DNA from: Pelomyxa schiedti
Taxonomy: Eukaryota > Protista > Evosea
Length of the DNA: 64,000 nucleotides
Reading direction: 5' to 3'
Assembly: GCA_020536535.1 (NCBI GenBank)
Contig: JAHLWZ010000450.1
Location: 2,991 to 66,990 of the forward strand
In this document: in pieces, positions 1-12,614 of the stretch
Position numbering within the stretch: the stretch's first letter is position 1
Layout: the number at the start of each line of letters is the position of its first letter
The notes under the pieces: model-generated
What the model was told of the DNA's origin: nothing
The model's input: only the letters and a program-made list of their open reading frames with translations
Database searches by the model: none
Translations under genes and position numbers: made by a program

Positions 1-1069
1 TCTATTAACTTCCAAGTAGGGATCAGGAATGTGCTATGATTGCTATGCGGACACAGAGGAAGCAAATCTCTGTCATCGGTGCCAAAGAAACCAAAGAGAA
101 GATAAAGCATGTCACTTCAAGAAATAACCCACTCGATTAACTGTCATTATAACAGAGACATAAATGGTGTCATGAGTGCTTTGCCGAAAGGTTTCTGTGC
201 ATCATTTGCCATACTGCCAAGCGATTGCAAGGCAGCAAAACTTGTTCTTCCTGTGTCCCAGTATGTGGAAACAGGGGAAAAAAGGATAGATCTTAACCTC
301 CAAACAAGGACACAACACTGCGCCCACCCCCAGCAATGAAGGAGCAAAGACTAATACAACAATTCTACAACAGTTGGGTGGATCCAAGGCGCCCCACAGT
401 AATTGGTGTCTACGGTGTATGGAATACCAACTCCCATGTCCGGCACCTCGCCTACAATAAGACACTTCCGCCATCTGCTCGCAAGCCTAAAGTGCACCTG
501 TTGAGGTTGTGGCATGGAACTACCATGCAATGCGACGTTTGGGCAGCAAATAAGGTTTCCAAGATTTTTCCAAAATCGCCAACACATCTGACAGCTTCAT
601 GCAGACTTTATGCACACAACCAACGTGTGCTGTGTGTAACATTGGAAGAACAGGGTTTGATATTAGATTTGCCGCGGCAGGCGAATGGGGGCGCGGCTTG
701 TATTTTGCACACAACGCCAGTAAAGCACATGGCTTTGCCACTGGCAGCATAAAGAATAACATCTGCTGCCTGTTCTTGTGCAAGGTTTTTTTTCACCTTC
801 TATTGCAATCCAGCCCAGTCACTTTCCATTCCAAACTCATCCAACCAAACACAGGTCACTGCCGGTGTCAGCAAAGTGATGCCTCAAAGAGATAGGTCAT
901 TGGCAGCACCACCAAATGGCTTTCATTCAGTTTTGGGAACAGCCAACCCTCTTCCTGAGTTGATTGTCTATGATCGGTAATAGACACCATTCCCACAAAA
1001 AAAGTCACTTACCATACTCATAGTGATGCTGCTTTACCAGCCTGGTTGGTTTTCTACCAGCTTAATTGA
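1..1069 (+). CDS. PARP-like ADP-ribosyltransferase with N-terminal CxxC repeats (5' end outside window; multi-exon)
   Basis: Spliced reading gives LWHGT, then CTQPTCAVCNIGRTGF, WGRGLYFAHNASKA, LFLCKV, FHSVLG and PELIVYD-AALPAWLVFY*, i.e. an H-Y-E ART signature. Upstream exons encode CYDC/CHRC/CHEC/CIIC/CSSC. Stop TGA at 1067-1069. Confidence 0.85.
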
Positions 1070-1167
1070 AGTTCTTAAGCCTCAACAACAGTGCAAATAA
1101 GTACCAGCAAACAAGAAAAAAGAAGTTTCTTTTCCATGTCAACTACGAAGTAATGTGTTTGGTTGTG

Positions 1168-1880
1168 TTATGGTGAGTCCCTTCTGTGTTTGCGTTGGGT
1201 CATTGGAACAAGAGCTTTCTGTGCACCCTGAGTGACATTTGTTGGGATGTTCCATAATCGCTGGTTGCCACTCATTCGGAAAGGTAAAGTGAGTCTCTCT
1301 GGGTTAGAGCAAAGCCACAAGAATTCACTGTCATTGGGGTCACGTTGGTTTTCCTCCGTTGATTGGTACCTCTTTTGGTCAATGCAATCAACTACCTGTG
1401 AGTCAAGTGAAACTGGCGGGATTTCTTTCATTGGCGTGGCTATGGTGGTAATAATTGCCAATCGTTTGTGCACAAACCCAATGCAATAATAATATGTCAT
1501 ACTTCAACTCGCCCAACGAGGGCACCCAGAGGATAGTCTTTGGGGAATTGTAGGTCCTCGTCAGGTGATAGCAGCCTGTATTGTTCCTACAACGCCAATG
1601 AAAAAAAAAAAAAGGACGGTGCAAATAAGTGAGCAGCACAAGGGACTACCTCCAGCGATCGTATCACATCCGGGTCCGGCTGTTTGGATGCAGCGTGTAT
1701 CCACAACTTCCCGCGGTGGTTGGTAGTCCAATTACGCCCCTCGGCGGTCTTGATCCCATACACCAACAGAGATGCCCACGGCTGATGCAACGTGAGAGCC
1801 TTACTTCCACCACCCGGCGACGACGCATTTGTTGCTGTCGCAGTTCCGGAACCTCTTCCTCTCCCTCGCACCGCTGCCAT
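1168..1880 (-). CDS. ASCH (ASC-1 homology, PUA-like) domain protein, 3 exons
   Basis: KALTLHQPWASLLVYGIKTAEGRNWTTNHRGKLWIHAA carries the GxKxxExR ASCH motif; followed by YPLGALVGRVE and VVDC...SGNQRLWNI. Confidence 0.9.
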
Positions 1881-2104
1881 TGCGTGTCTCAAGCTCTGAT
1901 TAATTGCAATCAAATGTCATCAATACGCACAATTCACTGAAGTGACATCTCTGCAGGCAAATGACGTCTCCCTGTCGATTGATCGTTGAAGTCATTTTTT
2001 TAAACAAACAAAAAACGAAACCTCCACACCAACACGGACACTCAAACGAAGGTGTGTTGTTTGGTTGTGTGTGAGGGAACGACTGTAACCGCAAGATCTA
2101 CGAG

Positions 2105-5100
2105 ATGTTTCGACGTTCAGGGAGTGGTGTTAAGCAGAGGTACCGTATCACGTTCGTGGTGGGAACGGGTCTGCCGGCGACAGCGGCATCAGCGGCGGTG
2201 ACGTGGAAGAGAGGCGCCAAGAAGGAGAACCAGGGGACCGGCACACCGCGGCCTGTTGTGAACGGGGCGTGCGAGTGGAATGAAGCAATAAGCATTGTCT
2301 GTACTCTGTTCAAGGACGGCCCAACTTATGTACTTACTGTGTGGGGGATGCGGGCGTTAGTTATATGTTATTTTTCATGAACTTTCTCAGCTAGATATAT
2401 TTTAGGATGCCAAGAACATCATCTTCTGCATAGAAGAAAGAGGGGGAAAGAAAAAACACACCCTGGGTAAGACCACTGTAGACTTGAGTGAATATGCTGA
2501 CCTTGGTGGATCCACAAAGACTGCTACCCTTACCTTGACCAAGAAAGGGAAGGACAAGAGTTCAAAAGACAAAACACCCAAGTCCACAATGGGTCTTGTG
2601 GTATGCAGCCTTCGCTGTACCTTTTTCCTCATTACTTGGTCTTGATAACTTATATATGTATCAGGTGAAGTTTTCTTCTGAGAATATGGGTGCATCATCT
2701 GGGTTAGTAAAAAATTATTTATGGGCACAAACACGAAATTGATGTTTACTGCAGAGAAGATGAAACAGAAATCCTGAAATCAGAAGCTGATGTTTGTGCA
2801 TCTTTTTGTGTTTTTATACTCCTTATTCCCTCCCAGGAGGAAGAAGATGATAACGAAAAGGTAAATTTTGAGACCCTGGCTTCCAGCACTACCACTACTA
2901 CAACCACAGCATCGATATCACCCCCTCCAAAACCTTCCCCGGATATGTCTGTAGTTCAAGGTAAGAAGAACCCAATACCCTTAGCACAACTAATCAGCAG
3001 ATGTTGAAATGATGATGCAACTGAGGCAACAGTTGATTGACCTTGCAAAGGAACGGGAAGAGCTGAAAGAGCAGCTTGAAGAAAAGAAGCACTCAGCAAA
3101 TAAATACAAAAAGAAGGCCACTGAATTACAAACAGCATTGAGGTAGAGTGTTTTCTGAAACATAAAAAATAAATAGTTCAATTCAACAACACCACCATGT
3201 AAGATTGTAGCAACACTTTTGATACCTTTACTTTAAAGTCAACTTTGACAGTGCGAGTATCCCAGCAAGTGAGCAAGAGGATCTCAAAAATCAATTGGCC
3301 ACCCTTACAGCAGAAAAAGAAAAGCTTCTATTGGACAACAAAATCATTGCCGGTAACAAATGGAGCTAAGTTAGAGTATGATTAAATTATGTTAGACACC
3401 GCACAAGAGTTGGAATCCCAACAGGCCAAGACTAAAAGACTGCTTGAAAAATCTGTACGAAACCACACCCTTAACATTGTTTGACCCCACACAGCAAAAA
3501 AAACAGTTGGACCTCACAGAGCAACTGTCTGCCATCCAAAAAGAATTGGAAGCACAACAAAACACAAACCAGGAACTTCAGAAACAGCAGGAAAAATCTA
3601 TTTCTGAAATAACACAATTGCAAGAGCGAAGCCAGGTGCTAGATGTTGAATTGAACAAGAGCAACCTGAGAGCTCAGGATTTTGAATCCAAGTGGAAACT
3701 GTCTGAAGATAACGTTTCACAGCTTCAGCAGAGGGTATCAGAGCTGACAACACAATCCGCAGCGGAAATAGAGCGCCTTAACCAGCAACATGGACTCGAC
3801 CTGAACAAATTGGACCAACAGCTAAAATGTCTGCAAGAAGAAGTTGAAAAGCAAACAACAACTATCGCGTCATTAGGCAATCAGGTGTCTGATGCAAGAC
3901 AACTTGCAGCCGATTTTGAGCAAAAATACAAGGGAAGTGAAATGACTGTCACGCAACTTCAATCAGAGAGGGCTATGCTAAAAAAGGAAAACTGTGGCAT
4001 TCAAGAAGAACTCCAGAAGGTCAGATGCACATCTGAGGCTACAATCACACAACTAAATTCGGAGATCGATTCACTGAGGACTAAAAACGACTCTCTTCTT
4101 CAAACTGCATCCAGTACAAAAGCGGAATTGGAAAATTGTGACAAATTACTAAAGGATTGCGAAAAGGACCTGGAATTACACAAAAATAAGCTCAAGGAGT
4201 GTGAGTGCCAACTGGGCCTTAAGCAGCAGAAATTGGATGAAACTGAAACTCTGCTGCAGCAATCCAAGATGGAGCTGGAGAATTACACAAAGGAAATGGA
4301 GTGCAAGCTTGAAGAGCAGGGCAGACATCAACGCGAAATGGAGGCTGACCATGAAAACGCCCTGAAACAAGTGAACAATGACCTGGAATCACACAAGCAA
4401 CAAGTGAGGGCACTTGAAGACAGCTTGAAGACATGCAAGCAATGCAATGACGCCCAAGAAGTTGAATTGAATCAAAAGCTTGAGCAAATTGGGTCTCTCA
4501 AGGCAGGACTAGCTGAAAGCCAGCAACATGGTGAGAAGTTGGAAAATGAGCTTGAACGTCTAAACACACTTAATTCATCACTTGAACTTAAGCAGCAGTC
4601 CCTTACAGCGCAGCTGGAGGATTTTTCAAGGAAAATCACCTTGCTGGAGGAGCAAATATCCAGTGGAGATAACAAAAACAGGGAACTTGAGTCGGAATTG
4701 AGGAACCTCCTGCAGCACAAGGGAAACCTGGAACTTGATCTCTCATCACACAAGGAGAAAAGCACAGCCCTCGTGGCCCAATTAACTGCAGAGAAAAGCC
4801 AACTGGCATCCCAGATTCAAACAGCCAATGAAGAATTCCTCAACCTGCGGGCAGATTTTGAGAAGGAACAGCGGCACAACAAAGATGTTGAAGAAAAGCT
4901 CCAAAAGAAACGGAACACCTGCAAGTCACTGAAGAAGGATTTGGAAGAGAGGAAAAATTCAATCAGTGCCCTGGAAGAAAAGCTTGCCCAGCACCAGCAG
5001 CAGAACACAGATTTACAGGAAAAGCTTGCAAATATGCAACAGGATAGTGCTTCAGTGAAATTGGAACTGGACAACAAAGCCAAGTATTGCCAAGACTTGG

Positions 5101-8100
5101 AAGCCCAGATATTGATGCACAAAGAGCAATACAAGAGCATTGAAGAAGAGTTAAAGCAAGCTAAATTAAGTTGCAGCCAGTGCTTTGCACGCATCCAAGA
5201 ACTGGAAGCCGGGGCACAGGAAAGCGAGAAACAGATGCAAGCACTCAGAAGTGACCTGAATAACAGTGCGCAAAAGTTCCAGGACCTGGATGTTCAATCC
5301 AAAGCGGAACGGCAGTCCCTGGAATCGCATATAAAGGACATTTCACAGGAAAGCGAAAAGCTGAAGTTGCAGCTTGATGCCAATCAGCACCACAGCCAAC
5401 AGCTGCAAGAACAGCTTGAAAAAGAGACCGCTTCCAAAGCGGCAGTGGAAGCCAATTTTGCTGAACTTAACAAACAAAAAAAAAGTTTGGAGGATGACCT
5501 CAAGGAGCACAAAGAACAGCTTGCCAGCCACTTGCACACAATCGCACAGCTTGAATCGCAACTCAATCTTCAAAGAGAAACTGTGGAGAAAGAGCTCAGG
5601 GATAAAATCGGCGTGCTTGAAGTTGAGCTTTCAGAGCAGAAGAATGCCTATTCTCTGCTGGAGAACAACCTCCAGAACAGCTCCCGGCAACTTCAGAATT
5701 TGACTGACGAACTTGAAATTAAAGTGCAGCAACACAATTCACTGAAAGAAGACATCAACAAAGAGAAGGAACGCAACACACAATTTACACTCATGGTAGA
5801 GGAGTTAAGAGGCCAACTTGCAGAACTAGGTGCCAAGTATGAGGACTGCAAGCAAAGCAACTCTGTGCTTAAATTAGAAGTGGACAAGAACAAAGAAGTC
5901 ATTGCGCAACATGAATCCAATTTGCAACAAAAGAGCGTGGTGATATCCAGTCTGGAAGGGGAAATTGCCCAGATCAATCAAAAGAAAACAGAAATGGAAC
6001 TAAGCTATGAGCGAGCACTGGAAGAACAGAAAATAGCACTGAACAGTGAAAAGCAAAGTGCACTCCAACAACAAGAGGCCGCACTAAACACAGAAAAACG
6101 GAACGCACTCGAGCAACAGGCAAGTGTATATAATGCCGAAAAGCAGAGTGCACTTGATCAACAGGAGGCTGCACTCAACACTGAGAGGCAGAACGCATTG
6201 GAACAGCAAAAGATTGCACTTGAAGCAGAAAAAGAAAACGCACTTAAAGATCAAGCAGCCACACTCAACACTGAGAAGCAAAGTGCACTTGAAGACCAGG
6301 CAACCACACTTGGTGCAGAAAAAGAGAACGCACTTGAAAAACAAGCTGCTGCACTCAACACAGAAAAGCAAAACGCACTTGAAAAACAAGCTACTGAACT
6401 AAACGCTGAAAAGCTTAAGGACCTAGACCAAAAGGAGGCTGCACTCAGGAAAGAGCAGCAGAAGGCACTTGAAGAGCAAGAGATCACACTCAGGAAGGAG
6501 AAGCAGGAGGCACTTGAAGAGCAAGAGGCAACACTCAGGAAGGAAAAGCAGAAGGCACTTGAAGATCAAGAGATTGCACTGAATGCAGACAAACAAAGTG
6601 CACTCGAAAAGCAAGAGATTGCACTGAATGCAGACAAGCAAGGTGCACTCGAAAAGCAAGCCATATCACTGGGTGCAGACAAACAAAGTGCACTTGAAAA
6701 GCAAGCAATTTCACTGGATGCAGAAAAGCAAAGTGCACTGCAGCAGCAAAGAAGCACACTCGAGGAGGAAATGCAAAGTGCCATGAAACAGCAAGCAATG
6801 GCACTGAGCACAGAGAAGCAGAACGCACTTGAGCAGCAGCAAGCTGCACTGAGCACAGAAAAGCGGAACGCGCTCGAGCAGCAGGAGGCCGCGCTCAAGG
6901 CGGAAAAGCAGCAGGCACTTGAGCAGCAGGAAGTCGCACTCAAGGCGGAAAAGCAGCAGGCACTCGAGCAGCAGGCAAGTGCACTGGATTCCGAGAAGCA
7001 AAAGGCTCTTGAACTGCTGGCAGCCACACTCAAGGCAGAAAAGCAGCAGGCACTTGAACAACAGGCAAGTGCACTGGATGCCGAGAAGCAATGCGCCCTG
7101 CAACAGCAAGCAAGTGCACTGGGCGCCGAAAAGCAAGCGGCACTCGAGCAGCAGGCAACCACACTAAACGCAGAAAGGAAGGATGCGCTCGAGCAGCTGC
7201 AATCTTCACTCGACGCAGAGAAGCAGAAGGCACTTGAGCAACAAGCAAGTTCACTGGAAGCCGAAAAGCAAAACGCCTTGCAACAACAGGCAAGTTCACT
7301 GGATGCCGAGAAGCAGAACGCCCTGCAACAACAAGCAGCGGCGCTCAACGCAGAAAGGAAGGATGCACTCGAACAGCAAGCGGCTTCACTCGAGGCAGAG
7401 AAGCAGAGTGCACTGGAACAGCAGGCCAACGCACTGGAGGCACAGAGGCAGAGCGCGCTGGAGGCAGAGAGGCAGTCGGGTGCCGCCAAGTTGGCAGAGC
7501 TCAAAGGGCTCATGGAAAGCTCACTGGAACAGCAAGCCAAAACACTCGAGGCAGATAAGCAGAGCGCACTTGCACAAGAGAGGCAGAACGGCTCTGACAG
7601 GCTTGCAGAGCTCAAGCAGGCCATGGAAAGCCAGCTCGAGGCAGAGAAGAAGTCCAGCTCCGACAAGCTGGCGGAGGCCAAAGAGGGCATGGAGAGGGCA
7701 CTCCAAATGCAGCAGCAGCAACACCAGCAGGAGCAGGAGCAGGCAATCGCGACAACGACTTCACAGCTCCGGCTGGAGGCGGAAAGGGAAAGGGAAACCC
7801 TGAGGAGGGTGCTTGAAGAAGAAGCTGCACGAGTTGAAAAGGAAAGGCGCCTTGAACGCGAGCAACGCGATTCGGCATACGAGCAAGAGCTGGCCAGGCT
7901 TCGTCAGCTTCTGCAAGAAAAGGAACAAGAGCTCAAGGATAAGCTCGAGGCGGAAAGGCAGAGTTGGTCAGCCAAGCTTGCTGACCTCAAGCGTGACATG
8001 GACAATGCACTCGAACGACAGGCAGCTGCACTCAACGCCGAAAAGCAAAGTGCACTCCAACAACAAGAAACCACACTCAACTCAGAGAAGCAGAGTGCAC

Positions 8101-11100
8101 TCGAGCAACAAGAAACCGCACTCAACGCGGAGAAGCAAATCGCGCTCGAGCAGCAAGCAGCATCACTGAACGCGGAAAAGCAAAGTGCACTCGAGAAGCA
8201 GGCGGCATCACTGAACTCGGAAAAGCAAAGTGCACTGGAGCAACAAGAGGCCTCACTCAACACAGCCAAGCAAAGTGCACTGGAGCAACAAGCAGCATCA
8301 CTGAACTCGGAAAAGCAAAGTGCACTGGAGCAACANNNNNNNNNNNNNNNNNNNNNNNNNNNNNNNNNNNNNNNNNNNNNNNNNNNNNNNNNNNNNNNNN
8401 NNNNNNNNNNNNNNNNNNNNNNNNNNNNNNNNNNNCGGAAAAGCAAAGTGCACTGGAGCAACAGGCAACATCGCTTGAGGCGGCAAAGCAGAACGCACTC
8501 AAGCAGCAAGAAACCGCACTCGGCGCGGAAAAGCAAAGTGCACTCGAGCAACAGGCAGCTTCCCTAGAGGCTGAAAAGCAGAACGCACTCAAGCAACAAG
8601 AGGCTGCACTGAGTGCCGAGAAGCGGAACGCTCTTGAAGAGCAGGCAAGTGCACTGAATTCCGAAAAGCAAAGTGCACTCGAGCAGCAAGAATCGGCACT
8701 CAACGCGGAAAAACGGAACGCACTCGAGCAACAGGCAAGTGCACTGGATGCCGAGAAGCAGAACGCACTCAAGCAACAGGAAACAGCACTCAACGCCGAA
8801 AAGCGGAACGCTCTGGAGCAACAAGAAGCTGCACTCGATGCCGAGAAGCAGAACGCCCTTGAACAACAAAAGGTGGCACTTGGCACTGAAAGGCAGAACG
8901 CACTGGAAGAGCAAAAAGCGGCACTGAGTGCTGAAAAGCAAACTGCACTGGAGCATCAAAAGGCAGAACTGAGTGCTGAAAGGCAAACTGCACTGGAAGC
9001 ACAGAAAGCGGCACTGGATTCGGAAAAGCAAAGCGCACTGGAAGATCAAAAGGCGGCACTGAACAGTGAAAAGCAAACCGCGCTGGAAGAACAGAAAACG
9101 GCACTGAATGGTGAAAAGCAAAGCGCACTGGAAGATCAAAAGGCAGAACTGAGTGCTGAAAGGCAAACTGCACTGGAGCATCAAAAGGCAGAACTGAGTG
9201 CTGAAAAGCAAACTGCACTGGAGCACCAAAAGGCAGAACTGAGTGCTGAAAGGCAAACTGCACTGGAAGCACAGAAAGCGGCACTGAACAGTGAAAAGCA
9301 AAGCGCACTGGAAGAACAGAAAACGGCACTGAACAGTGAAAAGCAAACCGCGCTGGAAGAACAGAAAACAGCACTGAACGCCGAAAAGCAAAGTGCACTC
9401 CAACAGCAAGAATCTGCACTCAACGAGGAAAAGCGGAACGCACTCGAGCAACAGGCAAGTGCACTTGATGCCGAAAAGCAAAACGCTCTGCAACAACAGG
9501 CAAGTGCACTTGATGCCGAAAAGCAGAAGGCTCTCAAGCAACAGGAGGATGCACTCAGCACAGAGAGGCAGAACGCCATGGAGCAGCAAAAGATTGCACT
9601 TGAAGCAGAAAGAGAAAACGCACTTGAAAAGCAATCAGCCACACTCAACGCCGAGAAGCAAAGCGCACTCGAAAACCAGGCAGCCGCACTTGGTGCGGAA
9701 AAAGAGAACGCACTTGGAAAGCAAGCTGCTGCACTCGAAACGGAAAAGCAAAGCGCACTTGAACAGCAATCTGTTGCACTCCACACAGAAAAGCAAAACG
9801 CACTTGAAAAGCAATCTTGTGAGCTCAATGCAGAAAAGCAGAACGCACTTGAACAGCAATCTGTTGCACTCAATGCAGAAAAGCAAAATGCACTCGAAAA
9901 GCAAGCTGCTGAGCTCAATGCAGAAAAGCAAAACGCACTTGAACAGCAATCTGTTGTGCTCCACACAGAAAAGCAAAACGCACTTGAAAAGCAATCTTGT
10001 GAGCTCAACACAGAAAAGCAAAACGCACTCGAAAAGCAAGCTGCCGAGCTCAACGCAGAAAGGCTGAAGGACCTAGACCAAAAAGAGGCTGCACTCAGGA
10101 AAGAACAGCAGAAGGCACTTGAAGAGCAAGAGATCACACTCAGGAAGGAGAAGCAGGAGGCACTTGAAGAGCAAGAGGCAACACTCAGGATGGAGAAGCA
10201 GAAGGCACTTGAAGATCAAGAGGTTGCACTGAATGCAGACAAACAAAGTGCACTCGAAAAGCAAGCCATTTCACTCGACGCGGAAAAGCAAAGTGAACTA
10301 CAGCAGCAAAAAAGCACACTTGAGGAGGAAATGAAACAACAAGCATTGACACTCAACACAGAGAAGCAGACTGCACTTGAGCAGCAGGCGGCCACACTGA
10401 ACACAGAAAAGCAGAAAGCACTTGAGCAGCAGGAATTTGCACTCAAGGCAGAAAAGCAACAAGCACTTGAACAGCAGGCCAGTGTGCTGGAGTCTGAGAA
10501 GCAAAAAGCACTCGAGCAGCAGGCAGCCACACTCAATGCAGAGAAGCAGCAGGCACTTGAACAACAAGCAAGTGCACTGGATGTCGAAAAGCAAAGTGCC
10601 CTGCAGCAACAAGAAGCAGAACTCGATGCAGAAAGGAACGGTGCACTTGAACAGCAGGAATTTTCTCTAAGGGATCAAATTCGAACAGTAGAACTAGTCG
10701 TTAAAGACAAAGACTCTGTTATTCAAGCCCTTGAAGGTTCAGTGGAACGACTGCAGAAAGAAACATTTTCTTTGGAAGACCAGAAGAAGCAGATGGCACT
10801 TGAAGTTGAAAGTTTAACTCAAGTTTCTGAGCAGCACTCACACTGTGAGTCCCTCCGTAGGCAACTTGAAGAACAACTACGGAATGAGCTCTCTGCTGTG
10901 GAAAATAAGTTCCAGGAGGTTTGAGAATGCAACAAATTTCTTTTTGTTAACCGTCTTTCAGCAACTTCGATCTTTATCCCATCAATTAGAAGTTGTTGTA
11001 ATTGTTAAGAAGGCATTATATCAGATCGAGTCCCCCGCTTTTGATTCCGAGTTTGTCCCTCGGCCATGTAATATGTTACTTGGGGCCATGAAGGAGTGGG

Positions 11101-12308
11101 ATTGCTTTCATATCCCAGACCAGTTCTTACATGCACACATTATTGAAGCTCTCAATGTTCTTGCACAGGTATGACTCACCAACTGGGTACAAAAAACTTA
11201 ATGTTCTCAGAGTTACTCCAATCTACCATTAATGTGCGGCTATGTTCTTAATATTTGCTGGACGTTGGTCCGCCTTGTTCGTGGTGAACTAAAAACAATC
11301 TGTCCACCTGAGTAGGCTTTGCCACGCCACCCAATTTTATTCTAACAGGTCCCCAGGCTGACTCCCCATGAAGAGATTTTTGTTGTACTGCCTCCAGATT
11401 CTCCCATTTCAGACACGGAACTACACCAATTCTATCATCAATTGCAAGGAGTACTACTTCTAACATACAATACGTTCTTAACGAGATTCAAAAAAGTGCA
11501 TTTTTTTCCCCCTCAGGAACACCTTATTAACTGAGTTTAGGCCATCGAACCCATTCTATTTAATGCTATTTTTGAACAAAATATTGTACCAAGCAAACCA
11601 GGGGGACCTCCAACACCCAGTCGAAGGTTAAGAATTATAGACTTATGTTACACTCAAACAGCTACCCTCACAGAACTCAGCGTGGAAATATCACTGAGGT
11701 TAATGGAACTTTGAATGAGGCCCTGCATTTACTGTCTGAAAACAAATTTCCGAGCAACATAATTGTGCAATTCTTTTCCCAGATGGCCTATTGGATGAAC
11801 AGCCTTCTGTTTAATAAATTACTGTCCAACCCTGAACTATGTATCAACTTCTTCTATTTTTTTTTGTTTGCCTCTCACTCCACAGCAAGGTACAACCGCT
11901 AAAGGACTCGAAATTGGTATAGGACTTTCCCAATTGCAAGAGATTTTCTCCAGGCCACCCTTGTCTCCCGCGAAGTGTGTAATTTCACCACCGATAGCCT
12001 TTTTTTTTGTAACCACACGTTTTTCCAGGGAATACCTCAGCCATATTAAGCAGGCAACAAACTTCCTCGCCATGGACAAATCTGTACTCTTGCACGACGA
12101 AAGCATCACCACCGCCTTTGGTGCACTAAACGCAGTGCAGCTTGGCCATCTCGTGCACAACTACAGGCCCGACCCATCTTCCCCTAAACCTCTAGCAGCA
12201 CCCATTCTCACCAGAATTCCACGGACACCTGAAACCCCTACTCTTAAACTACTCCTGGACCCCAACGCGCACATAGTTCCAACACAACTGCCAGAGAAGA
12301 AGCCCTAG
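2105..12308 (+). CDS. Giant NT-C2 (EEIG1/EHBP1-type) + coiled-coil + 15-aa repeat + C-terminal DIL (dilute) domain protein; spans a scaffold gap
   Basis: N-terminus has VTWKRG..G...VVNGACEWNE.ISIVCTLFKD and LGKTTVDLSEYA (NT-C2). About 2,400 aa of Q/E/K/L-rich coil follow. C-terminus has QFFSQMAYWMNSLLFNKLL, GLEIGIGLSQL, LSHIKQATNFLAMDK and LNAVQLGHLVHNYRPD (DIL). The frame change at 8336-8435 coincides with the N gap. Confidence 0.85.
6020..10660 (+). repeat. Coding tandem array of 45-bp / 15-aa units (consensus LNAEKQSALEQQAAS), roughly 90 units with interruptions
   Basis: Unit visible in the translation; 45-bp spacing seen directly, e.g. aaactgcactg at 8940 and 8985. Confidence 0.95.
8336..8435. 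other. Scaffold gap (100 N) inside the repeat array
   Basis: Run of N. Confidence 1.
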
Positions 12309-12614
12309 ACCCGCCCTCAGCTTCACCTGCACCCACACAACCCACCTTTTTTTCGCACATCACACCGCCATGTAAATGTCACAGCCACAGCATAAACCAC
12401 ATTAGGTAAGTACCTGTATCTGCATCGGATTCCCTCCAATACAGATTTTGTGCACCACCCAACAGACTTTGGGATCCCCAAAATCGAACAAATAACCGGA
12501 AAAAGACGGCAAGCAAAATAACCGAAAACCGCCATTCATAAACCCAACAACTTTCTCTTTGTTGAGCTTTCAAACAACCGAAACAACCAACAAAGAAACA
12601 CCAATACCTAGTAA

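Noticed and set aside
8336-8567. Apparent frameshift or premature stop splitting the 1707-aa and 683-aa ORFs
   Set aside because: Caused by the arbitrary 100-N gap; the repeat frame continues on both sides.
6084-10612. Many long antisense ORFs rich in C/S/A/F/L (also at 59308-61052)
   Set aside because: They are shadows of the 45-bp coding repeat, which lacks stops on the reverse strand; no independent domain signal.
6020-10660. CRISPR-like regular repeat
   Set aside because: No unique spacers, the variation is codon-structured, and the context is a eukaryotic gene.
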